64,000 nucleotides of DNA from Patescibacteria group bacterium (GCA_041742135.1 JBGSJG010000004.1:45975-109974); one strand, 5' to 3'; positions 37,125-47,423 are shown, counted from the first letter of the stretch. Program-made: numbers and translations. The notes: a model not told the origin generated them from the sequence alone.

Positions 37125-37340
37125 ATGACAAAAGACGAAAAGAAAAAATACGACACTCTGGTAGAGGAACACAAGAAAGTTGCCGAGAAGTTAGAGTTTC
37201 TTCACAGAGGATTTCGGGGAGTGAGCCACGAAAATTCTGCTGCTGAGATGCGCTACACTACAATTCAGGTGTACGAAGCCCATCTTAAAAGTATCGAGGA
37301 AGCCATGAAACTACTGATTGCTGATGAGAAAAGCTTATAA
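37125..37340 (+). CDS. small charged hypothetical protein
   Basis: 71-aa ORF (MTKDEKKKYD...) between the tRNA-end repeat and the integrase. Confidence 0.3.
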   Translation: MTKDEKKKYDTLVEEHKKVAEKLEFLHRGFRGVSHENSAAEMRYTTIQVYEAHLKSIEEAMKLLIADEKSL

Positions 37341-38204
37341 CTCTTCTAGCCTTGGCGAGTGGCCACTTTCTTTTACGTTGGCAATTTGAAGATAGCGCTC
37401 TGTGGTTGATAGTCTTCTATGTCCTGCCGCTTGAGAAATAGTTACAAGGTCAACACCTCTTTTAATGTTTTCAATCAAAAAAGTGTTGCGAAGGTCGTTG
37501 ACCGAAAACTCAGAAAGCTCTGCTCTTTGAAGATATCTGTCAATTAAGGCTCGAATATTTCTTATTGCTAGTGGGTTGCCCGTTTTACTGACGAATAAAT
37601 AAGGAGAAGTAGCATCGCTTCGCTCGCGAAGATAATCCTCAATTGCGGCTCTGGCGGTTTTATTTAGAGGAATTCTGCGCTCTGGTTGAGTAGCATATGC
37701 GTCGATAACCACTTCATCCCTTTTAACATCAGACACTTTTAAGTTTGCAACTTCCGATATTCGCATGCCAGTCTGAAGAATTAGTTCAATCATTGCAGCG
37801 ACTTTACGGTCATATTTTGCTGTATCACGAAGCGATCGGTACTCAATGGGGGACAAATATCCGGGCTCTGGGGCGTTAATTTCTGGGTGGCTTACTTCGC
37901 GCGACGGATCTTCCTCGATGTAGCCTTCATCTTTTACCCAACGGAAAAAAGTTTTCACCGCGTTAAGTTTTCGCGATGTCGATTTTGGGGTATATTTATG
38001 AGACAAAAGATGATCACGAAAACCCTCCAAGTCTCGCAAGGTTATGTTTCTCGGGTCGACAACGCTCTTGTGGCTCAAGTATTCAGTTAGCTGTTCCAAA
38101 TCGGAGCCATAAGCTAGAATGGTGGAAGGGGAGCGCTTTTTGTCTGTAAGTTCTTGAATAAATCTTGGCACAAGGTCGCCTAAAGTGACGCTAAATTGGT
38201 TCAT
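37335..38204 (-). CDS. tyrosine site-specific recombinase (phage-integrase/XerCD family)
   Basis: N-terminal SAM-like core-binding domain (TILAYGSDLEQLTEYL). C-terminal R...HRRLSTTERYLQ catalytic signature. Confidence 0.8.
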   Translation of the reverse strand: MNQFSVTLGDLVPRFIQELTDKKRSPSTILAYGSDLEQLTEYLSHKSVVDPRNITLRDLEGFRDHLLSHKYTPKSTSRKLNAVKTFFRWVKDEGYIEEDPSREVSHPEINAPEPGYLSPIEYRSLRDTAKYDRKVAAMIELILQTGMRISEVANLKVSDVKRDEVVIDAYATQPERRIPLNKTARAAIEDYLRERSDATSPYLFVSKTGNPLAIRNIRALIDRYLQRAELSEFSVNDLRNTFLIENIKRGVDLVTISQAAGHRRLSTTERYLQIANVKESGHSPRLEEL

Positions 38205-38306
38205 TTTAAATTACTATATACATTTGATGATACCATATTACTATTCGCAGTCAACATTATGGGACAGAAATATTCTTGTAGTAAATTACTATAAACAATA
38301 AATACC

Positions 38307-38666
38307 ATGAAAAAATTTTCATCGGCGGTACTGATTTTTGTATCATTTTTATTGATATTGTCCTTCGCCAGAGGTGTTTTTAGGCTTATCTCATCAAGAG
38401 ATAAAATTGACAAAGCACGGGAGCGACTTTCACAACTACAGGTAGAAAAAGAACAGCTGACTACCAAGCTCAAAGAAATAAACTCGGATACTTTTAAAGA
38501 GGTTCAGTTGAGGGACAATCTTGGCTTGGCAAGGGAAGAGGAGACTGTGGTGGTCCTTCCGAGCGAAGATGTTCTTCGCAAGCTTTCACCCAGAATTCAA
38601 AAGGAACAACTACAAAAAGAAGATAAGCCCATTTGGCAAAAATGGGTTGATTTATTTACTGAATAG
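38307..38666 (+). CDS. septum formation initiator family protein (FtsB/DivIC-like)
   Basis: TM plus coiled coil plus LRDNLGLAREEETVVVLPSE, similar to the FtsB C-terminal motif. Confidence 0.55.
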   Translation: MKKFSSAVLIFVSFLLILSFARGVFRLISSRDKIDKARERLSQLQVEKEQLTTKLKEINSDTFKEVQLRDNLGLAREEETVVVLPSEDVLRKLSPRIQKEQLQKEDKPIWQKWVDLFTE

Positions 38667-38710
38667 TCCTTCGACTGCCTGCCTGTGCAGGCGGGCGCTC
38701 AGGACGACTC
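38667..38710 (+). repeat. 44-nt GC-rich palindrome-containing repeat, copy B, followed by further GC-rich hairpins to about 38750
   Basis: Starts 1 nt after the FtsB-like stop. GGCCGGG-AGTCGCG-CCCGGCC hairpin downstream. Confidence 0.8.
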
Positions 38711-38844
38711 CGTCGTCGGTTGCGGGGCCGGGAGTCGCGCCCGGCCTAGGAGATTATGAGCCTCCTGTGCAACTCTACACTACCCCGCATATCACCCTCA
38801 ATTGTTTTCAAGGGTGTCCTATTATACCTCGAAGTGTAAAGATG

Positions 38845-38904
38845 GCAAAACAAGTTTGAGTTTGGAAGCTCAAAAAGGTAAAATTGACTCACGTCAGGGT
38901 AGCT
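38845..38904 (+). repeat. 60-nt perfect direct repeat, copy A (tRNA-Met promoter plus first 12 nt of the tRNA)
   Basis: Identical to 40574-40633. Followed here by a non-foldable tRNA-like tail, not a tRNA. Confidence 0.9.
38879..38884 (+). promoter_or_regulatory. -10 box TAAAAT inside repeat copy A (duplicated tRNA promoter now facing the lipoprotein gene)
   Basis: Same element at 40608-40613 sits about 9 nt upstream of the tRNA-Met 5' end. Confidence 0.35.
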
Positions 38905-38970
38905 AACTCCGAAGAGATAGGGGCTCATAATCACTAGGTTGGAGTTCGATCCTTTCCCTTGATACAAAAC

Positions 38971-40464
38971 ATGACCGACACCGAAGAGCCAACAGTAGCT
39001 AATAACACGATAAGTAGGCGAACTTTTCTTAAAATGGCGGTTGCTACTGGCGCAGGATTGTTGGCTTCTTGTGTTCCAGGTTCCACTGAACCCAGCACTT
39101 CAACTCCGACTCCAGAACCTTCTCGGACACCAACTATTGCACCTCCAACTCACGAGCCGACGCCAACAGAAACTCCTGACCCGATTGAGCGTTATAACGA
39201 GTTAAAAGAAATGGACGTCACTGAATTGGATTTGGACGAAGCTCTGAATATCGTAAATGAATCGTATAGAGCAATTACGGCCAGAGATAGAACGCAGATT
39301 GCGTTTGACGAGGACTCTTTTGCTTTTGACAGAAGTGTGCCGGCAATAGACGAGAGAAGAAGAGAACGAGTTCGTGGCCAAAAGCAGACTTTGCAGTATC
39401 TTAAAAATGCAATGTTTGCTTTGGATGAAATTAGAAAAGAGGCCGATGCTGAGCAATATATTTATTCCACGCGCCATCAGAGAATCGTACTGGTGAATGA
39501 TCAAGGAATGGAAACCGGTGCAGGGAGGACATCTTTCAGCGTTAATCAGCCATACGAAGACGTTCAGATTCGTTTTAACGAGAGAATGGATCAAGAGGTT
39601 GCGGCAAACGAGCTGGTTCCGGCCATGCTTTGGCCAGGGCAGATTCCTCAGGGGGAGCCACCCTCTTATAATGCTGATGAATGGGACCTGTTATCCAGTT
39701 TTCTTCATGTCGCGATTGCGGAGAAACTGGGTATTGATAACCAGTTTGAAAGAGTTGCTCAAAATCAGTTCGGAGTTGTTTTTCCAGAAGGACAAGATTT
39801 AAGAAGCACTGGTGAATTTTACGGCTTGCAAACGGTTGGACTCTCGCAAGAAAACAGAAACGCCCTGTCCTATTTTAACGAAGCGTACCATTTAGTTATA
39901 TTTAATCGGATGCGGGCAGCGGGAATTGAAGCCACAGATATATTAAAAGCACTCGATGAAATTTGGATGGCCGATCGGAGCTATTGGATAGATAGTGGGC
40001 AATTTGAGCAAACAAGACAAGACCTTTCGCAAGCGAGTATTTATGAAAGAGATTTTGAAGGAAGTAGTGATAAGCCGTTCTCAACTGTATTCGCGATCCA
40101 AGTTTGGGGGGAAAATGGTATTCGACTCATATCGACTCGGCGCAATAACGTTGAAGTTACTTTAGGTGTTGATCCGAGTAACCCTCGTGAAGCTGGGCTT
40201 TATTGGCCTCAAAACGACTATTTTAGAGTTGAGAGGGGAGATGGTGAAATTCTTTATGAGGGTGGTGGCTATCAAGAATTGCCTCAAAGTACAGATAATG
40301 AGTTGAACTTTGTTCGACTACAAGAAATACCTAACGTGTCTCCGGGAGAAAAATTGAAAATCATTCATCGAGAGGCACGATTCAATCCAGAAAATGGTGC
40401 TTTTGAGGATGTTTCTGAGGGAGACAAAGAGTATGAAGTATTGGCACCTCGGTGGATTAATTAA
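38971..40464 (+). CDS. Tat-signal lipoprotein, hypothetical
   Basis: SRRTFLKMAVATGAGLLASC (twin-arginine plus lipobox). T/P-rich linker. ATG at 38971 preferred over the TTG at 38959. Confidence 0.5.
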   Translation: MTDTEEPTVANNTISRRTFLKMAVATGAGLLASCVPGSTEPSTSTPTPEPSRTPTIAPPTHEPTPTETPDPIERYNELKEMDVTELDLDEALNIVNESYRAITARDRTQIAFDEDSFAFDRSVPAIDERRRERVRGQKQTLQYLKNAMFALDEIRKEADAEQYIYSTRHQRIVLVNDQGMETGAGRTSFSVNQPYEDVQIRFNERMDQEVAANELVPAMLWPGQIPQGEPPSYNADEWDLLSSFLHVAIAEKLGIDNQFERVAQNQFGVVFPEGQDLRSTGEFYGLQTVGLSQENRNALSYFNEAYHLVIFNRMRAAGIEATDILKALDEIWMADRSYWIDSGQFEQTRQDLSQASIYERDFEGSSDKPFSTVFAIQVWGENGIRLISTRRNNVEVTLGVDPSNPREAGLYWPQNDYFRVERGDGEILYEGGGYQELPQSTDNELNFVRLQEIPNVSPGEKLKIIHREARFNPENGAFEDVSEGDKEYEVLAPRWIN

Positions 40465-40573
40465 TTTCACGAACTGAAAGGGTCGCAAAATTATTTTTGT
40501 CCTATCGAGAAGAGTTTGTTTCGGAGTATGGAATGCTTGTCGAATGCGCCATACGCCTCTTAGTTCAAATTAC

Positions 40574-40633
40574 GCAAAACAAGTTTGAGTTTGGAAGCTC
40601 AAAAAGGTAAAATTGACTCACGTCAGGGTAGCT
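40574..40633 (+). repeat. 60-nt perfect direct repeat, copy B (native promoter and 5' end of tRNA-Met)
   Basis: See copy A. Confidence 0.9.
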
Positions 40634-40695
40634 CAGCTGGTTAGAGCACAGCATTCATAACGCTGCGGTCGTGGGTTCGAATCCCACCCCTGACA
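40623..40695 (+). tRNA. tRNA-Met (anticodon CAU; could alternatively be a lysidine-type Ile2)
   Basis: GTCAGGG/CCCTGAC acceptor. GCTC-AGCTGGTTA-GAGC D-arm. Loop TTCATAA. GTGGG-TTCGAAT-CCCAC T-arm. Confidence 0.8.
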
Positions 40696-40723
40696 CTTTA
40701 TTTTTTCCGTTTACGGTATAAAA

Positions 40724-41014
40724 TTGCTTATGTCTTCCTTTGATAATTTTAAACACGACGAACATCCACGCATGGGTGACACCCTGACTCTAAACACCAA
40801 CGGCATTGATTTCGTTAATGTGATTCTTGAACCAGCAGGAGACACTGTAACCAGCCCATACAAGGTAACTCATGGAGGAGAATTGCCTGATGGTTCAGTT
40901 TGGATGAACTTTGGAGATTGTTGTGGCTGGACAAAACCGGGCTTTGAATTAAAAGAATTTAGCAGAGACTTGTTTGTTTGCATGTCAGTACCGGCAGGAA
41001 CAGAAAGAAGATGA
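40724..41014 (+). CDS. hypothetical protein
   Basis: 96-aa ORF. No motif recognised. Confidence 0.3.
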   Translation: MLMSSFDNFKHDEHPRMGDTLTLNTNGIDFVNVILEPAGDTVTSPYKVTHGGELPDGSVWMNFGDCCGWTKPGFELKEFSRDLFVCMSVPAGTERR

Positions 41015-41061
41015 ATTGGCTCACTCTTTAAATAACTTCTAATCTAAGCTACTATTGACCC

Positions 41062-42042
41062 ATGGATAAAGTGATTTTTTCTGGCATTAAGCCTTCAGGA
41101 AAACCTCATTTGGGCAATTATATTGGTGCTATTAAACACTGGGCCACAGACCAAGGTGTGGGTAAGCAATATTTTTGTATTGTCGATCTGCACGCGATAA
41201 CCGTTGAGCAAGACCCAGTGGAGCTCAAAGAAAACGCCTTGGAATTGGCGGGGCTACTTTTAGCCTGTGGAATTGATCCTGAAAAGTCTACACTGTTTAT
41301 TCAGTCCCATAACCCCGATCACGCTAATTTGGGCTGGATATTAAACTGCTACACCTCAATGGGGCAGATGAGCCGCATGACTCAATACAAGGAGAAAAGT
41401 GAAGGCCGTGAATTTGTAAGTGTTGGATTGTTTGATTATCCAGCTTTGATGGCCGCCGACATTCTCTTGTATGACACAACAGAAGTGCCAATTGGAGATG
41501 ATCAAAAGCAGCACGTTGAGCTTACTCGCGATATTGCCCAGCGTTTTAATGCTCGTCACGGTGAAACATTTTTTTTGCCAGAACCGATAATTCCTAAAAT
41601 GGGTGCTAGGATAATGAGCTTGTCAGATCCAACAAAAAAGATGAGTAAAAGCATTACTGATCCATCAGGAACTATTAATTTAACTGATTCAGCTGATGAA
41701 ATAAGAAAAAAGATAATGTCAGCTGTTACTGATAATGAAAATCTTGTAGCTTTTGATGAAGCAAGACCTGGGATTTCCAATTTAATGCAAATTTTTAGTC
41801 AGACCACTGGTAAAAATATGCAAGAAATCGAGAGTGAATTTGGAACTAGTGGTTATGGCGATTTCAAAAAAGCAGTGGCAGAGTCAGTAATTCTTGCTTT
41901 GGATCCAATTCAAAAGAGATATGAAGAACTAAGAAGTAACGGTGCTCTTGAGGAAATTCTAAGAAAGGCAGCTGAGGGAGCATATGCCGTATCTCATAAA
42001 AAACTTACCGAGGTTTATCGTAAAATTGGCTTTATCGAATAA
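41062..42042 (+). CDS. trpS: tryptophanyl-tRNA synthetase
   Basis: HIGH-type PSGKPHLGNYIGA and KMSKS motifs. Confidence 0.9.
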   Translation: MDKVIFSGIKPSGKPHLGNYIGAIKHWATDQGVGKQYFCIVDLHAITVEQDPVELKENALELAGLLLACGIDPEKSTLFIQSHNPDHANLGWILNCYTSMGQMSRMTQYKEKSEGREFVSVGLFDYPALMAADILLYDTTEVPIGDDQKQHVELTRDIAQRFNARHGETFFLPEPIIPKMGARIMSLSDPTKKMSKSITDPSGTINLTDSADEIRKKIMSAVTDNENLVAFDEARPGISNLMQIFSQTTGKNMQEIESEFGTSGYGDFKKAVAESVILALDPIQKRYEELRSNGALEEILRKAAEGAYAVSHKKLTEVYRKIGFIE

Positions 42043-42404
42043 TGGACGAAATTACATTTGATCAATTTCAGGCGATTGATATCCGAATTGGAACAGTTAC
42101 CGAAGCCTCAGTTCCCGAGTGGAGCCATTGGGTGATGAAGTTGACGGTAGATTTGGGTGAAGAAATCGGGACAAGAATCATTTTTTCGGGAATCATGAAT
42201 TTTTATAAACCGGAAGAATTGGTGGGCAGACAGTTTCCCTTCGTTGTTAATTTGAAACCCAAAAAGATAGGTCCAGCAGGGGATTTCTCCCAAGGCATGA
42301 TGCTTATGGCCGTTGTTCCGGATGAATCCGGAGAACCGGAAAAAGAATTACCGGTGTTACTGGGTATTGAAAAGAAGGTTCCAGACGGTTCAAAAGTGAG
42401 GTAA
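42042..42404 (+). CDS. tRNA-binding domain protein (Trbp111/CsaA/EMAP-like OB fold)
   Basis: IDIRIGTV...VVNLKPKKI...GMMLM pattern of pfam01588-type domains. ATG overlaps the trpS stop. Confidence 0.65.
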   Translation: MDEITFDQFQAIDIRIGTVTEASVPEWSHWVMKLTVDLGEEIGTRIIFSGIMNFYKPEELVGRQFPFVVNLKPKKIGPAGDFSQGMMLMAVVPDESGEPEKELPVLLGIEKKVPDGSKVR

Positions 42405-42446
42405 GTTGCGCTCGCAATAGTGAACTTCGAATGATATAATCCCACT

Positions 42447-44288
42447 GTGGCGAAAAAGAAAAGAATTGAGCTTAAATTCAAGATAAATCTTTGGAGAATC
42501 GCGATTGTTGGCCTCTTCGTGCTTTTCATGGCTCCCTTCGTTTTGGCCATGTTTCAGACCAGAATTGATAATTCTAAAATCGACCTTTCACAAGCTTTAG
42601 TGGACATTAAAGAAGGAAAAGTTGAAACTGTGGAAGTTGAAAGCGAAAGCCTGACTTTAATTTACAAAGACGGTGAAGAAAAGACCACTGTTAAAGAGGC
42701 GACAGTTAGCTTCCCAGAACTTCTAGACACCTCTGGAATTGAGCCTCAAAACGTTAAATACACAGTGAGTGACCAAACTGTCTCCCGAGCTTTGGGCGAA
42801 ATTATGGGCATAGTTTTGCCTCTACTTATTATGGCTGTGATATTTATTGTAATTTTTAGAATGCAATCCCGTGGGGCTCAGGAAATTTTTAGCTTCGGCA
42901 GAAGCAAGGCAAAGCTCTTTGCAAAAGGTAAGCAATCTGTAACTTTTAAAGACGTAGCAGGAGTCGATGATGCTAAAAAAGAACTTGAAGAGGTCGTCGA
43001 CTTTTTGAAAAATCCACTTAAATATCGAAAAATAGGAGCACGAACTCCCAAAGGCGTACTTTTGTTTGGACCAGCCGGAGTTGGTAAAACTCTTTTAGCT
43101 CGTGCGGTTGCCGGGGAGGCAGGAGTGCCTTTCTTCTCGATGGCCGGGTCCGAATTTATGGAAATGCTTGTTGGAGTGGGGGCTTCCCGTGTACGTGATT
43201 TATTTGCTCAAGCTAAAGCAAGTGCACCAGCAATAATTTTCATCGATGAAATAGACGCTATTGGCAGGCAGCGTGGGCGTGGCGTTATGGGTGGGCACGA
43301 TGAGCGCGAGCAAACCTTGAACCAGATACTAGTCGAGATGGATGGCTTTACTCCCAATGACAACGTAGCAGTTATTGCAGCAACTAACAGGGGAGATTTA
43401 CTTGATCCGGCTCTTCTTCGCCCCGGCCGTTTTGATCGAAGAGTGGTTTTGGATATGCCTGACAAAGATGGCAGGCTTGCAATACTCCATATTCACGCAC
43501 GAGGAAAGAAGTTTGGTAAAGGCATAAAGTGGGAGAAAATTTCTGATCGGACAGTTGGCTTTTCTGGGGCGGATCTGGAAAACATGCTTAATGAAGCTGC
43601 GATTGCCGCGGCGCGTGAAGATAAAGATGCTATAAGCATGAGCGAAATTGAGGAAGCGGCTACTAAGGTAAAACTTGGGCCGGCTAAAAAGAGGCTTCAG
43701 TCAGAAGAAGACAAAAAAATAACGGCTTATCACGAAGCGGGGCATGCAATAGTGACGCATTATTTGCCTAAAACCGATCCGGTTCAGAGGATTTCCATTG
43801 TTGCTCGTGGAATGAGCTTGGGCCACACACTGATTCCTCCGGCCGCTGATCGCACTCATGAGACCCGCAGCCGTCTCTTGGATCAAATTGCCGCAATGCT
43901 TGGTGGTCGTGCTGCGGAAGAAGTGGTATTTAACGAAATGACAGCCGGAGCTTCAAATGATATTGAGCACGCCACAACGGTAGCCCGCGCAATGGTTGAG
44001 GACTTTGGAATGAGCGCCTTGGGACCGGTTAACTTTGGCTCAACTTCAGAGGAGCTGGCAACAGCTATGCCTTGGGAAGGTGGGGATTTGTCTGACTCCA
44101 TGAGAGAGAAAATTGACAAAGAGGTTTCAGGAATTATCGAAGCAGGCCGCAAAAAAGCTATTGAGATCGTCAAAAAGAATAGAAAAATGCTTGATAAGGT
44201 TGCACTGGCCTTGCTTGAGAAAGAAACTCTTGATCAGGATGATTTTGAAAAAATCGTTGGGAAAAAGAAAAACGGCGAAGAAAAGTAA
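42447..44288 (+). CDS. ftsH: ATP-dependent zinc metalloprotease FtsH
   Basis: N-terminal TM pair. AAA Walker [18 protein letters not shown] zinc site. Confidence 0.9.
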   Translation: MAKKKRIELKFKINLWRIAIVGLFVLFMAPFVLAMFQTRIDNSKIDLSQALVDIKEGKVETVEVESESLTLIYKDGEEKTTVKEATVSFPELLDTSGIEPQNVKYTVSDQTVSRALGEIMGIVLPLLIMAVIFIVIFRMQSRGAQEIFSFGRSKAKLFAKGKQSVTFKDVAGVDDAKKELEEVVDFLKNPLKYRKIGARTPKGVLLFGPAGVGKTLLARAVAGEAGVPFFSMAGSEFMEMLVGVGASRVRDLFAQAKASAPAIIFIDEIDAIGRQRGRGVMGGHDEREQTLNQILVEMDGFTPNDNVAVIAATNRGDLLDPALLRPGRFDRRVVLDMPDKDGRLAILHIHARGKKFGKGIKWEKISDRTVGFSGADLENMLNEAAIAAAREDKDAISMSEIEEAATKVKLGPAKKRLQSEEDKKITAYHEAGHAIVTHYLPKTDPVQRISIVARGMSLGHTLIPPAADRTHETRSRLLDQIAAMLGGRAAEEVVFNEMTAGASNDIEHATTVARAMVEDFGMSALGPVNFGSTSEELATAMPWEGGDLSDSMREKIDKEVSGIIEAGRKKAIEIVKKNRKMLDKVALALLEKETLDQDDFEKIVGKKKNGEEK

Positions 44289-44316
44289 GACCTGGACTCT
44301 GCTAAAATAGCTTCAG

Positions 44317-45210
44317 ATGAATAAATTAGTAATTTTTGATGGCAATGCCATAATGCACCGGGCATATCATGCATTGCCACCCTTAAACGCCAGAAATGGT
44401 GAGCCAATAAATGCAGTTTATGGGCTCATTTCCATGCTTCTTAAGGTAATTGAAGACATCCGCCCGACACATATTATTTTTGCATTTGACCGCCCTGAGC
44501 CGACATTCAGAAAAAAAATACTAGAAAGCTATCAAGCCCAGCGACCCGAGATGGAAGCGGAACTGTCTTCTCAATTTAAAAAAGCCCAAGACGTGCTTCG
44601 TGCCTTTGGAGTTCCGGTTTATGACAAGGCAGGCTTTGAAGCAGATGATGTAATTGGAACTATTGCGAAAAAAATCAAAAACGAGGAAGTGCTAATTGTG
44701 ACTGGAGACCGTGATATGCTGCAGTTGGTACATAAAAATATTAAGCTTTACATGCCAGTTAAGGGTTTGACGGATGCACGGGAGTTTGGAGACGCCGAAA
44801 CAATTGAGCGAATGGGCGTGCCACCAGATCAAATTGTTGATTTTAAAGCACTTGTTGGAGACCCTTCAGACAACTATAAAGGTGTTCCTGGAATTGGTCC
44901 TAAAACTGCCATCAGCTTGTTGGAAAAGTATAAAAATCTCGACGACATTTACGAGCATCTTGCCGAACTACCTCCAAAAATTAAAGAAAAACTTGTGATG
45001 CATAAAGACTCGGCGTATCAGTCCCAAACTCTTGCGCGAATTGTCACAGATGTGGAAATTAATTTTGATTTAGATAGCGCAAAAGCATGGAATCTTTATT
45101 CTGGCGAAGTAGATAAATTATTTGAGCAAATCGGCTTTAGAACGCTAAGCCGCAGAGTGAAAGAAGTGGGGAAAAAGTTAGTTGACGAAAAACAAATGAG
45201 TTTGTTGTGA
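44317..45210 (+). CDS. standalone 5'-3' exonuclease (PolI N-terminal/FEN-like)
   Basis: LVIFDGNAIMHRAYHA N-terminus. H3TH motif GVPGIGPKTA. Confidence 0.8.
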   Translation: MNKLVIFDGNAIMHRAYHALPPLNARNGEPINAVYGLISMLLKVIEDIRPTHIIFAFDRPEPTFRKKILESYQAQRPEMEAELSSQFKKAQDVLRAFGVPVYDKAGFEADDVIGTIAKKIKNEEVLIVTGDRDMLQLVHKNIKLYMPVKGLTDAREFGDAETIERMGVPPDQIVDFKALVGDPSDNYKGVPGIGPKTAISLLEKYKNLDDIYEHLAELPPKIKEKLVMHKDSAYQSQTLARIVTDVEINFDLDSAKAWNLYSGEVDKLFEQIGFRTLSRRVKEVGKKLVDEKQMSLL

Positions 45211-45224
45211 AATAAAATATAAAA

Positions 45225-46328
45225 ATGAAAATTGCACTTGTGCACGATTATCTACGCGATCTAGGGGGAGCTGAGCGGGTACTTTTGGCCTTAAGTGATA
45301 TTTATCCCGAGGCGCCGATTTATACGGCTTTTTACAGCAAAAATTCTCCTGCTGGCGAAGTGTTTGCCAAGAAAACAATTCACGAAAGCGCGTTTGCGCC
45401 ACTACTTAAAATTTGGCGGCTTTATAGCCCTTTGCGCTTTTTACTTCCTTGGATTTGGGGGAGTATTGATTTGTCTGATTATGATTTGGTGATAACTTCG
45501 TGTTCCAACTACATTGCCCGTGGCTTTAAGGTAGGGAAAAACACAAAAGTTGTAGCTTATTGCCACACTCCACCAAGATTTTTATATGGAATGAAAACTG
45601 GGTATGATTGGAAAAAGAACTTTTTTACCAGAATGTACGGCTTGGTTGTCGCACATTTTTTAAGAGTTTTTGATTGGGAGAGCGCACAAAAAATTGATCA
45701 CTGGATTGTAAATTCCGAAAATGTTCGCGCTCGTGTTAAAAAATATTACAGAAAAGATGCTGTAGTTATATACCCCCCGATAGAAACCGAGAAGCTCTCG
45801 CGTGCCACCCAGGGAGTTACGAAAGAAAATTATTTTTTGATAGTTGCCCGGCTTGTTGGTTCCAAGGGTTTGGAAGAGGCAATTGTTGCGGCGAATGAGC
45901 TTGATGTTCCTCTTAAAGTTGTCGGGGACGCCGATGGCTTTACGGCTGTGGCAAATAGGCTTAGAGGAATTGGTAAAAGTAATGTAGAGTTTGTTGGAAG
46001 AGTGAATGACGAGAAGCTTTGGAAATTATATGCCAAAGCTCGCGGTTTTATAGCTTTAGCGCGGGATGAGGATTTTGGCATGACTGTTGTAGAAGCTCAA
46101 GCGGCAGGTACGCCGGTTATCGCCTTTAATGGCGGCGGGTTTACAGAGAGCATAATCGATGGTAAAACAGGTATTTTTGTCAACGACACTGATGTCGCAA
46201 CTCTCAAAAAGGCTTTTAAGCGCTTTAGTCAAATAAAGTGGGACAAAAAAGTAATAATGAAAAATGCTGATAGATTCGGAGTAGCGAGATTTGAGAGAGA
46301 AATTAAGCAGCTTGTGGAAGCTGTTTAA
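45225..46328 (+). CDS. glycosyltransferase family 4
   Basis: ALVHDYL..GGAERV N-terminus. EDFGMTVVEAQAAGTPVIA C-terminal GT-B motif. Confidence 0.75.
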   Translation: MKIALVHDYLRDLGGAERVLLALSDIYPEAPIYTAFYSKNSPAGEVFAKKTIHESAFAPLLKIWRLYSPLRFLLPWIWGSIDLSDYDLVITSCSNYIARGFKVGKNTKVVAYCHTPPRFLYGMKTGYDWKKNFFTRMYGLVVAHFLRVFDWESAQKIDHWIVNSENVRARVKKYYRKDAVVIYPPIETEKLSRATQGVTKENYFLIVARLVGSKGLEEAIVAANELDVPLKVVGDADGFTAVANRLRGIGKSNVEFVGRVNDEKLWKLYAKARGFIALARDEDFGMTVVEAQAAGTPVIAFNGGGFTESIIDGKTGIFVNDTDVATLKKAFKRFSQIKWDKKVIMKNADRFGVARFEREIKQLVEAV

Positions 46329-47162
46329 TTTTTTCGACATGTGCATTAAGTTCTGCCAGGTCGGTAATTCCATCCATTACATTTATCAGAGTCCGATCGA
46401 CTCCATATTCGACCACATTCCCTTCGGCGTCAACAAAAGACTGGAGTGGGGTAAAAAGCTCAAGCAGCCCTTTTCTCTCTAAGGTCTTATGCTGGGCGTT
46501 TTCCACATCTGCAATTTTCTCAGGATCACTCATTCGTGTTTCGATTAAGATAGCATGAGTCTCGCGGCGAAATTGTTCGAATGTAATTTCCCCCGCCAAA
46601 TTGTACTTTTTGCAAAATCATAAGATTTTGCCTCGGCGCTCCGCGCCTCGTCATGATATTTTTTGCCTATAATCCAAGCATTTTTAAATTCGCACGCCAG
46701 CGTGCGGTCGGTGATACGAAAGTTCGAACCAATCTTTTTAAAAAAATCTCTAATTATTTCAGGATTTTTTTGTTGAGCAAAATTTTGGGCTCGGTTGGCC
46801 TCTTTTAGAAATTCAAAGGCAAGTTCGAACCGATTATTGCTCTTTCGCCCAAAAGCAGTTATTTTTTCCTCCAAATCTTTTTTGGCGAGAATGAGTTTAT
46901 ATTTTTTAGAGGTGTATTCTGTTTGTGACAAACTGCCTTCTAGATGCAAATCGAGTAGTCGGTCAAGTTTTGTTTCGGTATCGAGTAACTCACTTCTCGC
47001 TTTTTGGGCGAAGGAGCTTTCGGCTTGGTTAATTTCAATTTTTTCTTTTTCAAATTCTGCAATTGAGGCATTAACCCAAGCCGAAGACAAAGAAACTTTT
47101 TTGATTTCTTCTTTTATTTGAAAAGTGATGGAAGAACGGTTGTTGTAACAAGAGGAAAGCAA
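46303..47162 (-). pseudogene. remnant of a large serine recombinase gene (C-terminal coiled-coil/DUF4368-like region only, frameshifted, catalytic domain missing)
   Basis: LDRLLDLHLEGSLSQTEYTSKKYKLILAKKDLEEKI coiled-coil pattern. Two overlapping ORFs (46545-47162 and 46303-46599) in different frames. Confidence 0.4.
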
Positions 47163-47423
47163 GGATCAGATATCTATTACACAGAAAAAGGTATTTTAAA
47201 AACAAATCATATTAATGCAATTTTGACAGATGAGATTGTTGATCACACAGGTGCTGGTGATTGTTATAAATCAGGTTTTTTTGCAACATATTTTAAAAAT
47301 AAAGGTGTTGTAAGAGCATGTGAAGTTGGTGCATTGGCAGGTAAATTTTGTGTATCTGAAAAAGGGGGACTTTTGTCTAATAATTCTATATTACAGATTA
47401 AAAAGGAAATACAGAATGTTTAA
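47118..47423 (+). pseudogene. C-terminal fragment of a PfkB/ribokinase-family kinase (5'-truncated), AT-rich
   Basis: VVTRGKQGS...DHTGAGDCYKSGF equals only the last 100 aa or so of a ribokinase fold. About 30% GC versus about 43% in flanks. Confidence 0.45.

Noticed and set aside
37335-38204. Calling the recombinase specifically xerC or xerD
   Set aside because: The size and SAM-like N-terminus fit Xer. Adjacency to tRNA 3'-end repeats fits an element integrase equally well. Left as a family-level call.
38905-38960. tRNA gene following repeat copy A
   Set aside because: It has the 5' acceptor strand and a GTTCGATCC T-loop-like segment, but no consistent anticodon arm, T-stem or 3' acceptor strand could be paired. 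I treat it as a tRNA-derived remnant or fusion.
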